Source: Dendrobates tinctorius
Taxonomy: Eukaryota
Length of the DNA: 64,000 nt
Assembly (NCBI RefSeq): GCF_039654945.1
Contig: NW_027361681.1
Coordinates: 3,596,001 to 3,660,000 of the forward strand
Direction of reading: 5' to 3'
Of this stretch, positions 11,816-24,260 are shown one piece after another (positions within the stretch are counted from its first letter, which is position 1; each line of letters starts with the position of its first letter). The notes below the pieces were generated by a model, which worked only from the letters and a program-made list of their open reading frames with translations, made no database searches and was not told the origin of the DNA. Both the position numbers and the translations under genes were made by a program.

Positions 11816-13146
11816 TGTGGTGTAGTAACCGTGAGTCCGCTAGGGGGCGCTGTGTGGATGTCCCAGGAGAAAGGATGAATGGCAGAATACTGAGTGGCCA
11901 TTATTCAGAACACATGACACATGCACAAAAACTGAACGGGTCATAAGACCCTGTTCACACCACCCAAGAACTAAGACACAGAAACAGAACACAGTATGAC
12001 AAACGTGCATAAATACTCTGCTGTAAAACATATGTAACTGTAAGTAGCAAGTGCTAGTAAAAGATGTTAACAAAACCAGGGTATTTTGTTGATACGTTTT
12101 TTTGCAAAAAAAATGTACGCTAAGCCACTCCGCCGCGTCAAGGCATACCCTTCTCGGAGCAGTCCTATCTAATATATTTAAAAACCTGACCATGTGAATA
12201 ATACCTTCATGAGCAGGGTTCAGAAAGCTGCTGCCCGGTATGGGCTCGCTGGGCAAAATGGCTTTTTATGCATGTCCCAAAAGAGAGAGGCGGGGATCTC
12301 CCAAAGCTTGCATAAGCAAGAAATCAATGGATTCAGAACACATGACACATGCACAAAAACTGAACGGGTCATAAGACCCTGTTCACACCACCCAAGAACT
12401 AAGACACAGACACAGAAACAGAACACAGTATGACAAACGTGCATAAATACTCTGCTGTAAAACATAGTATTATGTATTTATTATGTATCTCAAAGTGTGT
12501 GGCTTTGGAATGAAGACTTATGTGTTGATCAGCAGTGATACTGCTGAGGTGTTGTTTCAATATGTAAGGGAGAAGTCTCCAGGTAACTAGAGAGATGGGC
12601 GAGCCTGGTTACCTACAAACCCACCCAGGGGGTGTGTTTAAAGCACTATTGTAAAGAGTGTACAAAGGCTTGAAGGACCTGTGATGAGGTCAGTCATGTG
12701 ACCCAGTGGGCGTGGCTATGGACCATATAATGTGGCCAGGGTAGGTCACATGGGGGTGAATGCTGGGACCTGGTTGGTCCAGTGTGGATGGTCCCGCTGA
12801 GATGGGGCTTCCTGCCTGACAGCACATGTGGACGCTGTGTTTAATGGCTGCCGGTGCCTGAGAGGTCCCTGGAGGGAATGAATATCTGCAGTATGGAGAA
12901 GCAGCCATGAGAGAACTCTGACGGGGTGAGATATAACTGTGAGGCTGAAAAGCCTGCGTATTGGACATTGCTAACAGAGTGAAGCTCTGTCATGGACGCT
13001 ATGCCGTTTATATATTGCTGGTCATGGTTTATGATGTTTAATAAACTGCATGGACCGTTCTGAGTTTATGGAAAACCTGTGCCGGATCTGATTTTGTGGC
13101 TGCCAAGCGAGTGATCCCCCTACTTAAATGAGAGCGCTACCTCACA
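11816..13146. mobile_element. Solo LTR-like element copy 2 (same TSD GTAG)
   Basis: Colinear with 9929-11269; same termini and same flanking satellite variants. Confidence 0.75.
11903..12466. mobile_element. Second copy of the terminally redundant 428-nt element (inverted relative to 2907-8696)
   Basis: 11903-12032 repeats at 12331-12466 (period 428); absent from LTR copy 1. Confidence 0.7.
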
Positions 13147-16100
13147 GTAGGTATTACACCGCCACAATTTACACGGTAACCCTATAGCTGCTGCACCTTA
13201 CACATCTCTTTGTAGGTGTCACACCGCCACAACTTACATGGTACCCCTATAGCTGCTGCACCTTACTTACACATCTCTCTAGGTGTCACACCGCCACAAC
13301 TTACACAGTAACCCTATAGCTGCTGCGCTTTACTTACACATCTCTCTGTAGGTGTCACACCACCACAACTTACATGGTACCCCTATAGCTGCTGCACCTC
13401 ACTTACACATCTCTCTGTAGGTGTCACACCGCCACAACTTACATGGTACCCCTATAGCTGCTGCACCTTACTTACACATCTCTCTGTAGGTGTCACACCG
13501 CCACAACTTACATGGTACCCCTATAGCTGCTGCACCTTACACATCTCTCTGTAGGTGTCACACCGCCACAACTTACACGGTACCCCTATAGCTGCTGCAC
13601 CTTACTTACACATCTCTCTGTAGGTGTCACACCACCACAACTTACACAGTAACCCTATAGCTGCTGCACCTTACTTACACATCTCTCTGTAGGTGTCACA
13701 CCGCCACAACTTACATGGTACCCCTATAGCTGCTGCACCTTACACATCTCTCTGTACGTATCACACCGCCACAACTTACACGGTACCCCTATAGCTGCTG
13801 CACCTTACTTACACATCTCTCTGTAGGTGTCACACCGCCACAACTTACACGGTACCCCTATAGCTGCTGCACCTTACTTACACATCTCTCTGTAGGTGTC
13901 ACACCGCCACAACTTACATGGTACCCCTATAGCTGCTGCACCTTACACATCTCTCTGTAGGTGTCACACCGCCACAACTTACACAGTAACCCTATAGCTG
14001 CTGCGCCTTACTTACACATCTCTCTGTAGGTGTCACACCACCACAACTTACATGGTACCCCTATAGCTGCTGCACCTTACTTACACATCTCTCTGTAGGT
14101 GTCACACCACCACAACTTACATGGTACCCCTATAGCTGCTGCACCTTACTTACACATCTCTCTGTAGGTGTCACACCACCACAACTTACATGGTACCCCT
14201 ATAGCTGCTGCACCTTACTTACACATCTCTCTGTAGGTGTCACACCACCACAACTTACATGGTACCCCTATAGCTGCTGCACCTTACTTACACATCTCTC
14301 TGTAAGTGTCACACCACCACAACTTACACGGTACCCCTATAGCTGCTGCACCTTACTTACACATCTCTCTGTAGGTATCACACCGCCACAACTTACATGG
14401 TACCCCTATAGCTGCTGCACCTTACACATCTCTCTGTAGGTGTCACACCGCCACAACTTACACAGTAACCCTATAGCTGCTGCGCCTTACTTACACATCT
14501 CTCTGTAGGTGTCACACCACCACAACTTACATGGTACCCCTATAGCTGCTGCACCTTACTTACACATCTCTCTGTAGGTGTCACACCACCACAACTTACA
14601 TGGTACCCCTATAGCTGCTGCACCTTACTTACACATCTCTCTGTAGGTGTCACACCACCACAACTTACATGGTACCCCTATAGCTGCTGCACCTTTCTTA
14701 CACATCTCTCTGTAGGTGTCACACCACCACAACTTACATGGTACCCCTATAGCTGCTGCACCTTACTTACACATCTCTCTGTAGGTGTCACACCGCCACA
14801 ACTTACATGGTACCCCTATAGCTGCTGCGCCTCACTTACACATCTCTCTGTAGGTGTCACACTGCTACAACTTACACGGTAACCCTAAAGCTGCTGCGCC
14901 TTACTTACACATCTCTCTGTAGGTGTCACACCACCACAACTTACATGGTACCCCTATAGCTGCTGCACCTTACTTACACATCTCTCTGTAGGTGTCACAC
15001 CACCACAACTTACATGGTACCCCTATAGCTGCTGCACCTTACTTACACATCTCTCTGTAGGTGTCACACCACCACAACTTACACGGTACCCCTATAGCTG
15101 CTGCACCTTACTTACACATCTCTCTGTAGGTGTCACACCGCCACAACTTACATGGTACCCCTATAGCTGCTGCACCTTACACATCTCTCTGTAGGTGTCA
15201 CACCGCCACAACTTACACAGTAACCCTATAGCTGCTGCGCCTTACTTACACATCTCTCTGTAGGTGTCACACCACCACAACTTACATGGTACCCCTATAG
15301 CTGCTGCACCTTACACATCTCTCTGTAGGTGTCACACCGCCACAACTTACACAGTAACCCTATAGCTGCTGCGCCTTACTTACACATCTCTCTGTAGGTG
15401 TCACACCACCACAACTTACATGGTACCCCTATAGCTGCTGCACCTTACTTACACATCTCTCTGTAGGTGTCACACCACCACAACTTACATGGTACCCCTA
15501 TAGCTGCTGCACCTTACTTACACATCTCTCTGTAGGTGTCACACCACCACAACTTACATGGTACCCCTATAGCTGCTGCACCTTTCTTACACATCTCTCT
15601 GTAGGTGTCACACCACCACAACTTACATGGTACCCCTATAGCTGCTGCACCTTACACATCTCTCTGTAGGTGTCACACCGCCACAACTTACACAGTAACC
15701 CTATAGCTGCTGCGCCTTACTTACACATCTCTCTGTAGGTGTCACACCACCACAACTTACATGGTACCCCTATAGCTGCTGCACCTTACACATCTCTCTG
15801 TAGGTGTCACACCGCCACAACTTACACAGTAACCCTATAGCTGCTGCGCCTTACTTACACATCTCTCTGTAGGTGTCACACCACCACAACTTACATGGTA
15901 CCCCTATAGCTGCTGCACCTTACTTACACATCTCTCTGTAGGTGTCACACCACCACAACTTACATGGTACCCCTATAGCTGCTGCACCTTACTTACACAT
16001 CTCTCTGTAGGTGTCACACCGCCACAACTTACATGGTACCCCTATAGCTGCTGCGCCTCACTTACACATCTCTCTGTAGGTGTCACACTGCTACAACTTA

Positions 16101-16589
16101 CACGGTAACCCTAAAGCTGCTGCGCCTTACTTACACATCTCTCTGTAGGTGTCACACCACCACAACTTACATGGTACCCCTATAGCTGCTGCACCTTACT
16201 TACACATCTCTCTGTAGGTGTCACACCACCACAACTTACATGGTACCCCTATAGCTGCTGCACCTTACTTACACATCTCTCTGTAGGTGTCACACCACCA
16301 CAACTTACACGGTACCCCTATAGCTGCTGCACCTTACTTACACATCTCTCTGTAGGTATCACACCGCCACAACTTACATGGTACCCCTAGAGCTGCTGCA
16401 CCTTACACATCTCTCTGTAGGTGTCACACCGCCACAACTTACACGGTAACCGGGAACCCTATAGCGGCTGCGCTTTATGTATACATCTCACCTCCCAGAC
16501 ATTACGAACACTTCATGCCTAGTTATACGGAGCTGCTGTACCTACATTTAGCCACTGGGTGTCATCAGCGGTAGGGGGTGTGGTATATG

Positions 16590-16680
16590 GTAATGAGGGG
16601 GCGGACTGCAGGCCGGTTCCGGGATACTTGTGCAGGGTGACACGTGAGTGAGGTCACAGACGGACAGAGCTGCGAGACCG
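16590..16680 (+). promoter_or_regulatory. ALAD: Putative ALAD promoter and non-coding exon 1
   Basis: CpG-rich patch with GC box (GGGGCGG near 16598), ETS-like TTCCGG and E-box CACGTG (16641-16646); strong donor CCG|GTGAGT at 16680/16681. The TSS is not determinable. Confidence 0.6.
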
Positions 16681-17968
16681 GTGAGTGTGCGGCTCTGGGG
16701 GCGCGGGTGTCTTCCTGTATAATCACCTCAGGCCACGGAGGGGCCACATTATACTGCGGGTCGTTGCTGGGTCATTCCCTAAGACGCCCCATAAACCCCC
16801 CCACTTCTCTTATACTGGGACCCCAATACATTACATCCATTTATTAAAACCAGTTATCTCTAATGGACTTCCCCTTTAGGTGCAGTTGCCATGGCAGCGA
16901 CTACTCTATATCCGTCTATATAATTCCTTCCACAGTCCGCTCAGCGCCATCAGACAGCACAAAGTCTTGTGTAATTCCTGTACTCCGGCAGGCTGCAGCG
17001 CAGAATATTCTGAATTATCGGACACGACTAATTTTGCTATTGCAGAAATTACTTTTTTATTTTTTTTTCCTGCATTATGATTTGAGTTCTGACATTCCTT
17101 TATCGTATGCAGTGTTTCCAATTTAAACAGGGGTGTGTAGCTAAAGCCCCCGATGTCAGCGCCATTTCTATCTGTCTTCCGGCTGCGGCCATTACTGCAG
17201 TTCCCTGTGATCAGCATTTCTCTTATCTTCGCCCTCCAGATTGCAACCTCTGTTGGTGAAACTATTGATGAGCCCCACCACACCCGGCCCGCTCCCACTC
17301 CGAATCTTTGCAGGTTTTGACAAGTGGGTGGTGTCTGCCCAATATGAGGGGGGCTCCTATTCATCACATTGCGGCGTATTAACCCATCAGTGGCCGACTT
17401 TATAAGAATCACCCTTGGGGCTCGCTCATACGAGAATATTGATAGGATATTTGTAGTGTGAGCGAGCCCTTATTCTGTAACTCGCTAGTGACGGAGATGA
17501 GCATATTGTAACCTTATGCAACAAATGGGAGGAGCCAAATATCTGTCAGGGAGTCTGCAGTGACATCTAACGGCTGCATCGCTTCTTTTTTCTTTCCCCT
17601 TATTCCAGAAGCCATGATGGATATCGTTAATTTCACGACCCTGTTTGGCCTTCCATTCTGGCATGTTGGCTGCCACTGTAACGTTGGCGCCCAGCGATCA
17701 TGGCTCACAGGGGCTAAGACCGTCCAAAGTGAAGCCTGACTGGCAGTGAAGAGGTTAAATTGTTACTACCAGAGCAGTTGTCCATTCCAGAACGGCATCA
17801 ATAAAGTTTATTGATGAAAGGATAGGTTGTGCTGGCACCTTGTAATCTCCTCGGGGAGAAACTTTGAAGCAGTTACCCAGAGCAACAAACCTGATTTAAT
17901 TTTCTGAACTTTATTTGTAGTTTTGGTGAACAATGAACAATGGGTTTTTTTTTCCCTTCACAGATAGA

Positions 17969-18081
17969 ATGCAGGCAGAAGCCATACTGCACAGTGGCTA
18001 CTTTCACCCCGTCCTCCGCTCCTGGCAGTCCACAGCGACCAGCCTCCATGCCTCCAATCTCATGTACCCCATCTTCATCAC
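17969..18081 (+). CDS. ALAD: Delta-aminolevulinate dehydratase, coding exon 1
   Basis: [38 protein letters not shown]; 113 nt; GT donor at 18082. Confidence 0.97.
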
Positions 18082-18161
18082 GTGAGTGACGCTGCAGAGC
18101 TGTAACTTGTGTTATGTTCTGCTGTACAGTATATCTTATTATATATGTTTATATGTTACAG

Positions 18162-18212
18162 AGATAATCACGATGGAGTAGAGCCAATCAACAGTCTGCC
18201 GGGGCAAGCCAG
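18162..18212 (+). CDS. ALAD: ALAD coding exon 2
   Basis: DNHDGVEPINSLPGQAR; 51 nt; AG/GT boundaries. Confidence 0.96.
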
Positions 18213-19601
18213 GTGAGGAATGTGATGAGTACACAGCGAGTGCCGCTCTGGAAGATAATACAGTGTAATAATGTATGTACACAGTGACTGCACCAGCAGA
18301 ATAGTGAGTGCAGCTCTGGAGGATGTAACTCCGGATGTAACTCAGGATCAGTAATGTAATGTATGTACACAGTGACTGCACCAGCAGAATAGTGAGTGCA
18401 GCTCTGGGGTATAATACAGGATGTAACTCAGGATCAGTAATGTATGTGCATAGTGACTGCACCAGCAGAATAGTGAGTGCAGCTCTGGGGTATAATACAG
18501 GATGTAACTCAGGATCAGTAATGTATGTGCATAGTGACTGCACCAGCAGAATAGTGAGTGCAGCTCTGGGGTATAATACAGGATGTAACTCAGGATCCGG
18601 TCAGGATCAGTAATGTGTGTACACAGTGACTGCACCAGCAGAATAGTGAGTGCAGCTCTGGGGTATAATACAGGATGTAACTCAGGATCCGGTCAGGATC
18701 AGTAATGTATGTACACAGTGACACCACCAGCAGAATAGTGAGTGCAGCTCTGGAGTATAATACAGGATGTAAATCAGGATCAGTAATGTAATGTATGTAC
18801 ACAGTGACTGCACCAGCAGAATAGTGAGTGCAGTTCTGGAGTATAATACAGGATGTAACTCAGGATCAGTACAGGATCAGTAATGTATGTACACAGTGAC
18901 TGCAACAACAGAATAGTGAGTGCAGCTCTGGGGTATAATACAGGATGTAACTCCGGATCAGTAATGTAATGTATGTACACAGTGACTGCACCAGCAGAAT
19001 AGTGAGTGCAGCTCTGGGGTATAATACAGGATGTAACTCAGGATCAGTAATGTATGTACACAGTGACTGCACCAGCAGAATAGTGAGTGCAGTTCTGGAG
19101 TATAATACAGGATGTAACTCAGGATCAGTACAGGATCAGTAATGTATGTACACAGTGACTGCAACAACAGAATAGTGAGTGCAGCTCTGGGGTATAATAC
19201 AGGATGTAACTCCGGATCAGTAATGTAATGTATGTACACAGTGACTGCACCAGCAGAATAGTGAGTGCAGCTCTGGGGTATAATACAGGATGTAACTCAG
19301 GATCCGGTCAGGATCAGTAATGTGTGTACACAGTGACTGCACCAGCAGAATAGTGAGTGCAGCTCTGGGGTATAATACAGGATGTAACTCAGGATCAGGT
19401 CAGGATCAGTAATGTAATGTGTGTACACAGTGATTGCACCAGCAGAATAGTGAGTGCAGCTCTGGGGTATAATACAGGATGTAACTCAGGATCAGTAATG
19501 TAATGTATGTACACAGTGACTGCACCAGCAGAATAGTGAGTGCAGCTCTGGAGTATAATACAGGGTGTAACTTAGGATTAGTAATGTATATACACAGTGA
19601 C

Positions 19602-20063
19602 TGTATCGGGGTAGCTATTGAGGGAGGGCTAAATTAACCCTTCACGGTTGAGCTAGTGATTTCCAAATTAATCCACAGAGTGTTGCTAGCAACTTAAATG
19701 ACCACACGGAGACGGGAGGATCGAGACAGATCACTAAGCCCCTTATTTTAGTCACTTCTTTTATAATCTTTTGATTAATTATGCGAAGTTCTCAACTACC
19801 TATAGCATCATGGTAATACTTCACTTTATAAGCCAATAATATTGCAAGAAAACCAGAAACTACATATATGTCCGTATCCAAAAGTAGTATAATGGCATAT
19901 TCTTCAGAATTCTACACCCCCGCCTCCCTTATCTTGCACCTGATGGGAACAGTCTGGTTTCATAACAGCCCATCCCAATTCCAAAAATTTATCTTACAGC
20001 AACAAAAATGGAGAAACGAAACCTTCGGGAAAAATGGAGACGTGAAACTTCAGCTCTGATACA
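19602..20063. mobile_element. Possible solo LTR (TGTATC...GATACA), no matching TSD
   Basis: 462-bp unique insert within the satellite, bounded by a short inverted repeat with TG/CA ends. Confidence 0.45.
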
Positions 20064-20505
20064 GGATCAGTAATGTAATGTATGTACACAGTGACTGCAC
20101 CAGCAGAATAGTGAGTGCAGCTCTGGGGTATAATACAGGATGTAACTCAGGATCAGTGCATGATCAGTAATGTAATATATGTACACAGTGACTGCATCAG
20201 CAGAATAGTGAATGCAGCTCTGGGGTATAATACAGGATGTAACTCAGGATCAGTGCAGGATCAGTAATGTAATATATGTACACAGTGACTGCATCAGCAG
20301 AATAGTGAGTGCAGCTCTGGGGTATAATACAGGATGTAACTCAGGATCAGTGCAGGATCAGTAATGTAATGTATGTACACAGTGACTGCACCAGCAGAAT
20401 AGTGAGTGCAACTCTGGAGTATAATACAGGATGTAACTCAGGATCAGTAATGTATGTACACAGTGACTGCACCAGCAGAATAGTGAGTGCAGCTCTGGAG
20501 TATAA

Positions 20506-21425
20506 GGCTGCGTTCACACGGTCAGGTTTTTTTTGCGGCGGTTCTTACCGCGCGATTTTGCCGCAAAAACGCAAAAAAAAAAACAGCATCCCATGCAATC
20601 CTATGGGATTCCGCAATGCTGTGCTAATGCTGTGGATTTTCCCACGGCGGATTTGCCTCACGGAAAAATCTGCAGCATGCTTATTAATTTGCGAAATCGC
20701 GGCGATTCCGCCCACATAGGAATGCATTGTTCTACTTACTTTCCGCATGTGACTGTGCCCACCATGCGAAAAGTAAGCAGAACATTTGTAGATGATACGG
20801 AGGAGAGGAGACTGTCCTCCGGGCTCTGGGTACCATATCCCTGTAAAAAATAGAATTAAAATAAAAAAATTGGGTTATATTCACCTTCCGACTTCCCGCG
20901 CAGCGTCCCCAGGCTTCAGCGATGCTGCCGGCTGCTCCCGTTCCCAGTAATGCATTGCGATGACCTTTTCTGACGTTGTGTCTCGCGATGCTGTAGCGGT
21001 CTCGCGAGACAGCGACGTCATCAAAGGTCATTGCCGCAATGCATCACTGGGAACAAGACCTGCTGGAGCATCGCGGAGGCCTGGGGACGCTGCGCGGGAC
21101 GTCGGAGGGTGAATATAACCCGATATTTATTTATGTTTTTTAAACCTTAGATCTTTTTTACTACCGATGCTGCATAGGCAGCCTCAATAGTAAAAAGTTG
21201 GTCACACTAGTCAAACACTATGTTTAACGAGTGTGAACAACCTGTCAATCAGTTCTCCAAGCGATGCTACAGATCGCTTGGAAAACGCTAGCATTCTGCA
21301 AGCTAATTACGCTTGCAAAACGCTAGTTTTTTCGCGGGAAAATCGCAGGAATTTAAAATGTGATTTTTCCCTTCGGAATTCTCGTGGTAACTTCAGTGGC
21401 AATTCTGCTACGTGTGAACTTAACC
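20506..21425. mobile_element. PIF/Harbinger-type non-autonomous element
   Basis: TIR GGCTGCGTTCACACG / CGTGTGAACTTAACC; TSD TAA reconstructs the satellite unit GAGTA-TAA-TACAGG. Confidence 0.85.
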
Positions 21426-22035
21426 TAATACAGGATGTAACTCAGGATCAGTAATGTATGTACACAGTGACTGCACCAGCAGAATAGTAAGTGCAGCTCT
21501 GGGGCATAATACAGGATGTAACTCAGGATCAGTAATGTATGTACACAGTGACTGCACCAGCAGAATAGTGAGTGCAGCTCTGGAGTATAAAACAGGATGT
21601 AACTCAGGATCAGTACAGGATCAGTAATGTATGTACACAGTGCCTGCACCAGCAGAATAGTGAGTGCAGCTCTGGGGTATAATACAGAATGTAACTCAGG
21701 ATCAGTACAGGATCAGTAATGTATGTACACAGTGACTGCACCAGCAGAATAGTGAGTGCAGCTCTGGGGTATAATACAGAATGTAACTCAGGATCAGTAC
21801 AGGATCAGTAATGTATGTACACAGTGACTGCACCAGCAGAATAGTGAGTGCAACTCTGGGGTATAATACAGGATCAGTAATGTACTGTATATACTCTTGT
21901 ATAAGGCTAGTTTCACACTAGCGTTTATTCGACGCAGTGCACGGCGCAGCTAAGCCCCGCCCCTGCCGGCTCCCTGCCCGCCCCAACCGGTCATCGCCGC
22001 TTACTATCGCACATGGACGCTTGCGATCTGCGCAC

Positions 22036-23518
22036 TGTTGTGAGTTCATTTTCCCCTTCACCGTCGATGTCTGATGAACTCCCTCTTCTGGTGAAGGAAG
22101 GTAGTGAGGCTGATTACCAAACACCTGATCTGGTAGATGATGACTGGGTAACAGGAAATTCTGACTGGATATAAGGCAGCCGACGCCCTTCTGAGTCGCT
22201 GGTGACTTCTCTGCTGGATTCTTGGAGACCAGTCTGATTCCTGCTTCCCAAAGATAAGTTTTTGCTCTGCTATTGAACTTATTAGTTTTGTTTTGTTTAC
22301 CTTGTTTTTTGGACTTCAGCCATCCCCGGTCGGGGGTGTGCTGAGTTCCATTTTTGTCTCTGATCAGTTTGTCTCTTTGCTCTGTCTTCAGAATTTACCT
22401 GAGTTCTGATATAGTCTTTTTGAAGTCCTAGCAACTTCAGGGCCTGTTTTTCCTATCAGACGGTTGGGACATTTTTTGGTAGGGTTTTTTACGGATTGCA
22501 GACAGCAGCTTTTCTATCCTGTCCTGTTTAGTTAGCTTGGGCCCCATCGTTTGCTCAACCTATCTTTCTATCTGTGTTAGTGTTTTGATCTTGCTTCACC
22601 GTCATTATATGTTGGGGGCTGCCTATTGCTCTGGGGCAGTTTAGATTTCCCCTTTCTTTCTTTAGGCCTATTTAGTTCTCCAGCTGTGATCGAGGGGTCT
22701 AGGGCATCGTAGGTACCAGGGCTGTGGAGTCGGTAAGCCAAACCTGCAACTCCGACTCCGACTCCTCAATTTCTCTTACACCGACTCCGACTCCAACTCC
22801 GACTCCGACTCCACGACTCCGACTCCGACTCCCACACATATTGCTTATATTTAAGTGAAAAATTTATTGTAGTACAATGTGAACCTCCGACATTTAATCA
22901 TTTTTATGATCCCATAATCAAGATATTTAGATAGAACAGAATATATATTGGTGTACTACCCGGTTTTCATTCTTTTTGGTACAGATACGATATGGATAGA
23001 CAGATATGGATAAAGCAGATTTCTAATCTGCTTTGGCTATTGAAAACATTATCTATGAGCTCAAAAACCTTTCAGGTGATGCGGTTTTTTAAAAAGATGA
23101 TCAGCTTTTGCAGCTGAAAAACGTATCCTCAAAAAACACAGGAAAAACGCTGTGTGTGAATGTAGCCTTAGATCAGGAATAGAACAGCCATTTATAGGAC
23201 ATTTCATAACTTTCCCAAATTCCTATGAAAAAATATTCAGCACATCCTGCATTGAATTACTGTACCCAATTTATTATATATTTTAGGAGTCGGTCCATTT
23301 TATACCGACTCCAACTCCGACTCCGACTCCACCAAAATGAGCACCGACTCCGACTCCACGACTCCGACTCCACAGCCCTGGTAGGTACCCCCCACGGCTA
23401 CTGTTAGTTGTTATGGATAGGATCAGGGGTCTGCAATCCGATAGCTACCAACCTCTCCGGTTTTCTGGACTTAGCTTGTATTTTTGTTTTTTCCTCCTTC
23501 GGTGACTCATTCATAACA
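22036..23518. mobile_element. Solo LTR with 6-bp TSD GCGCAC (family of 1234-2129)
   Basis: TGTTGTGAGTTCA...CATTCATAACA; GCGCAC at 22030-22035 and 23519-23524. Confidence 0.88.
22717..23380. mobile_element. hAT MITE with 8-bp TSD GTAGGTAC
   Basis: TIR CAGGGCTGTGGAGTCGG / CCGACTCCACAGCCCTG; subterminal (GACTCC)n; TSD at 22709-22716 and 23381-23388. Confidence 0.92.
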
Positions 23519-24260
23519 GCGCACCCTATCTTTAGCATAGGGTGCGCAGATTGTGCGCTGGCCGTGCGCTAGTAGGATTTTGGCATGCGCTGCGCACTTT
23601 TGAAGGTGCGCCGAAATGCAACATGCTGCATTCGGCGCACACGGGCGCACCTTCAAAAGTGCGCAGCGCACGCCAAAATCCTACTAGCGCACGATCTGCG
23701 CACCCTATGCTAAAGATAGGGTGCGCAGATCACAAGCGTCCATGTGCGATAGTAGGCTGCGATGACCGGATGGGGCGGGGCTTAGCGGCGCCGTGCGCTG
23801 CGTCGAATAAAAGCTAGTGTGAAACTAGCCTTAGCCGAATTTTTCAGCACATTTTTTTTTTGTGCTGAAAACGACCCCCTGCCCCCCCCCCCCCCCCCCC
23901 CCCCCTCGGCTTAGTTGTCCCAGAAAGACAGCGGGGGAGCAGGAGCAGCGGGTCACAGAGGCAGGATCCAGCGGGCGGCTAAAGCCTGTGCCGCTGCTAA
24001 AGAGAAATTAATATTCATTTCTCTGTAATAGCACACAGTGACACCCGCAGTCGCCTGCTTCCAGCACAAATCCTACTTACCTTCCTGCGCGCCCTCGCTG
24101 CATCTCGTTTGTTCTGACGCCAGCCGCTCTTCTGGCTGATCGATTACGTGTGATGAGGGAACATTGAATACCCGGCTTATACTCGAGTCAATAAGCTTAC
24201 CCAGTTTTTCGTGGCAAAATGAGGTGCCTCAGCTTATTCTCGAGTATGTACGGTAATGTA

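Larger units (their letters stand above)
9511..16470. repeat. Minisatellite, 69-bp unit (65-bp variant), interrupted by two LTR copies
   Basis: Unit TGTAGGTGTCACACCACCACAACTTACATGGTACCCCTATAGCTGCTGCACCTTACTTACACATCTCTC; period 69 seen directly (14101 to 14170). Confidence 0.97.
21905..23830. mobile_element. PIF/Harbinger-type palindromic MITE
   Basis: TIR GGCTAGTTTCACACTAGC / GCTAGTGTGAAACTAGCC; flanks TAA and TTA; internal palindrome about 23520-23725. Confidence 0.88.
21885..24253. mobile_element. Tigger/pogo-like non-autonomous element (host of a nest)
   Basis: TA-flanked; TIR CTGTATATACTCTTGTATAAGCCG (split by a MITE) versus CAGCTTATTCTCGAGTATGTACGG. Confidence 0.8.

Noticed and set aside
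9929-13146. Two LTRs flanking an internal region, i.e. a full LTR retrotransposon
   Set aside because: The intervening sequence is satellite and each LTR has its own identical TSD and flanks, indicating duplication.
9511-16470. CRISPR-like regular repeats
   Set aside because: Units are contiguous with no unique spacers, there are no cas genes, and the context is eukaryotic.
17200-17460. Erythroid ALAD alternative promoter (GATA and CACCC motifs in intron 1)
   Set aside because: The motifs are short and no convincing alternative exon donor was found.
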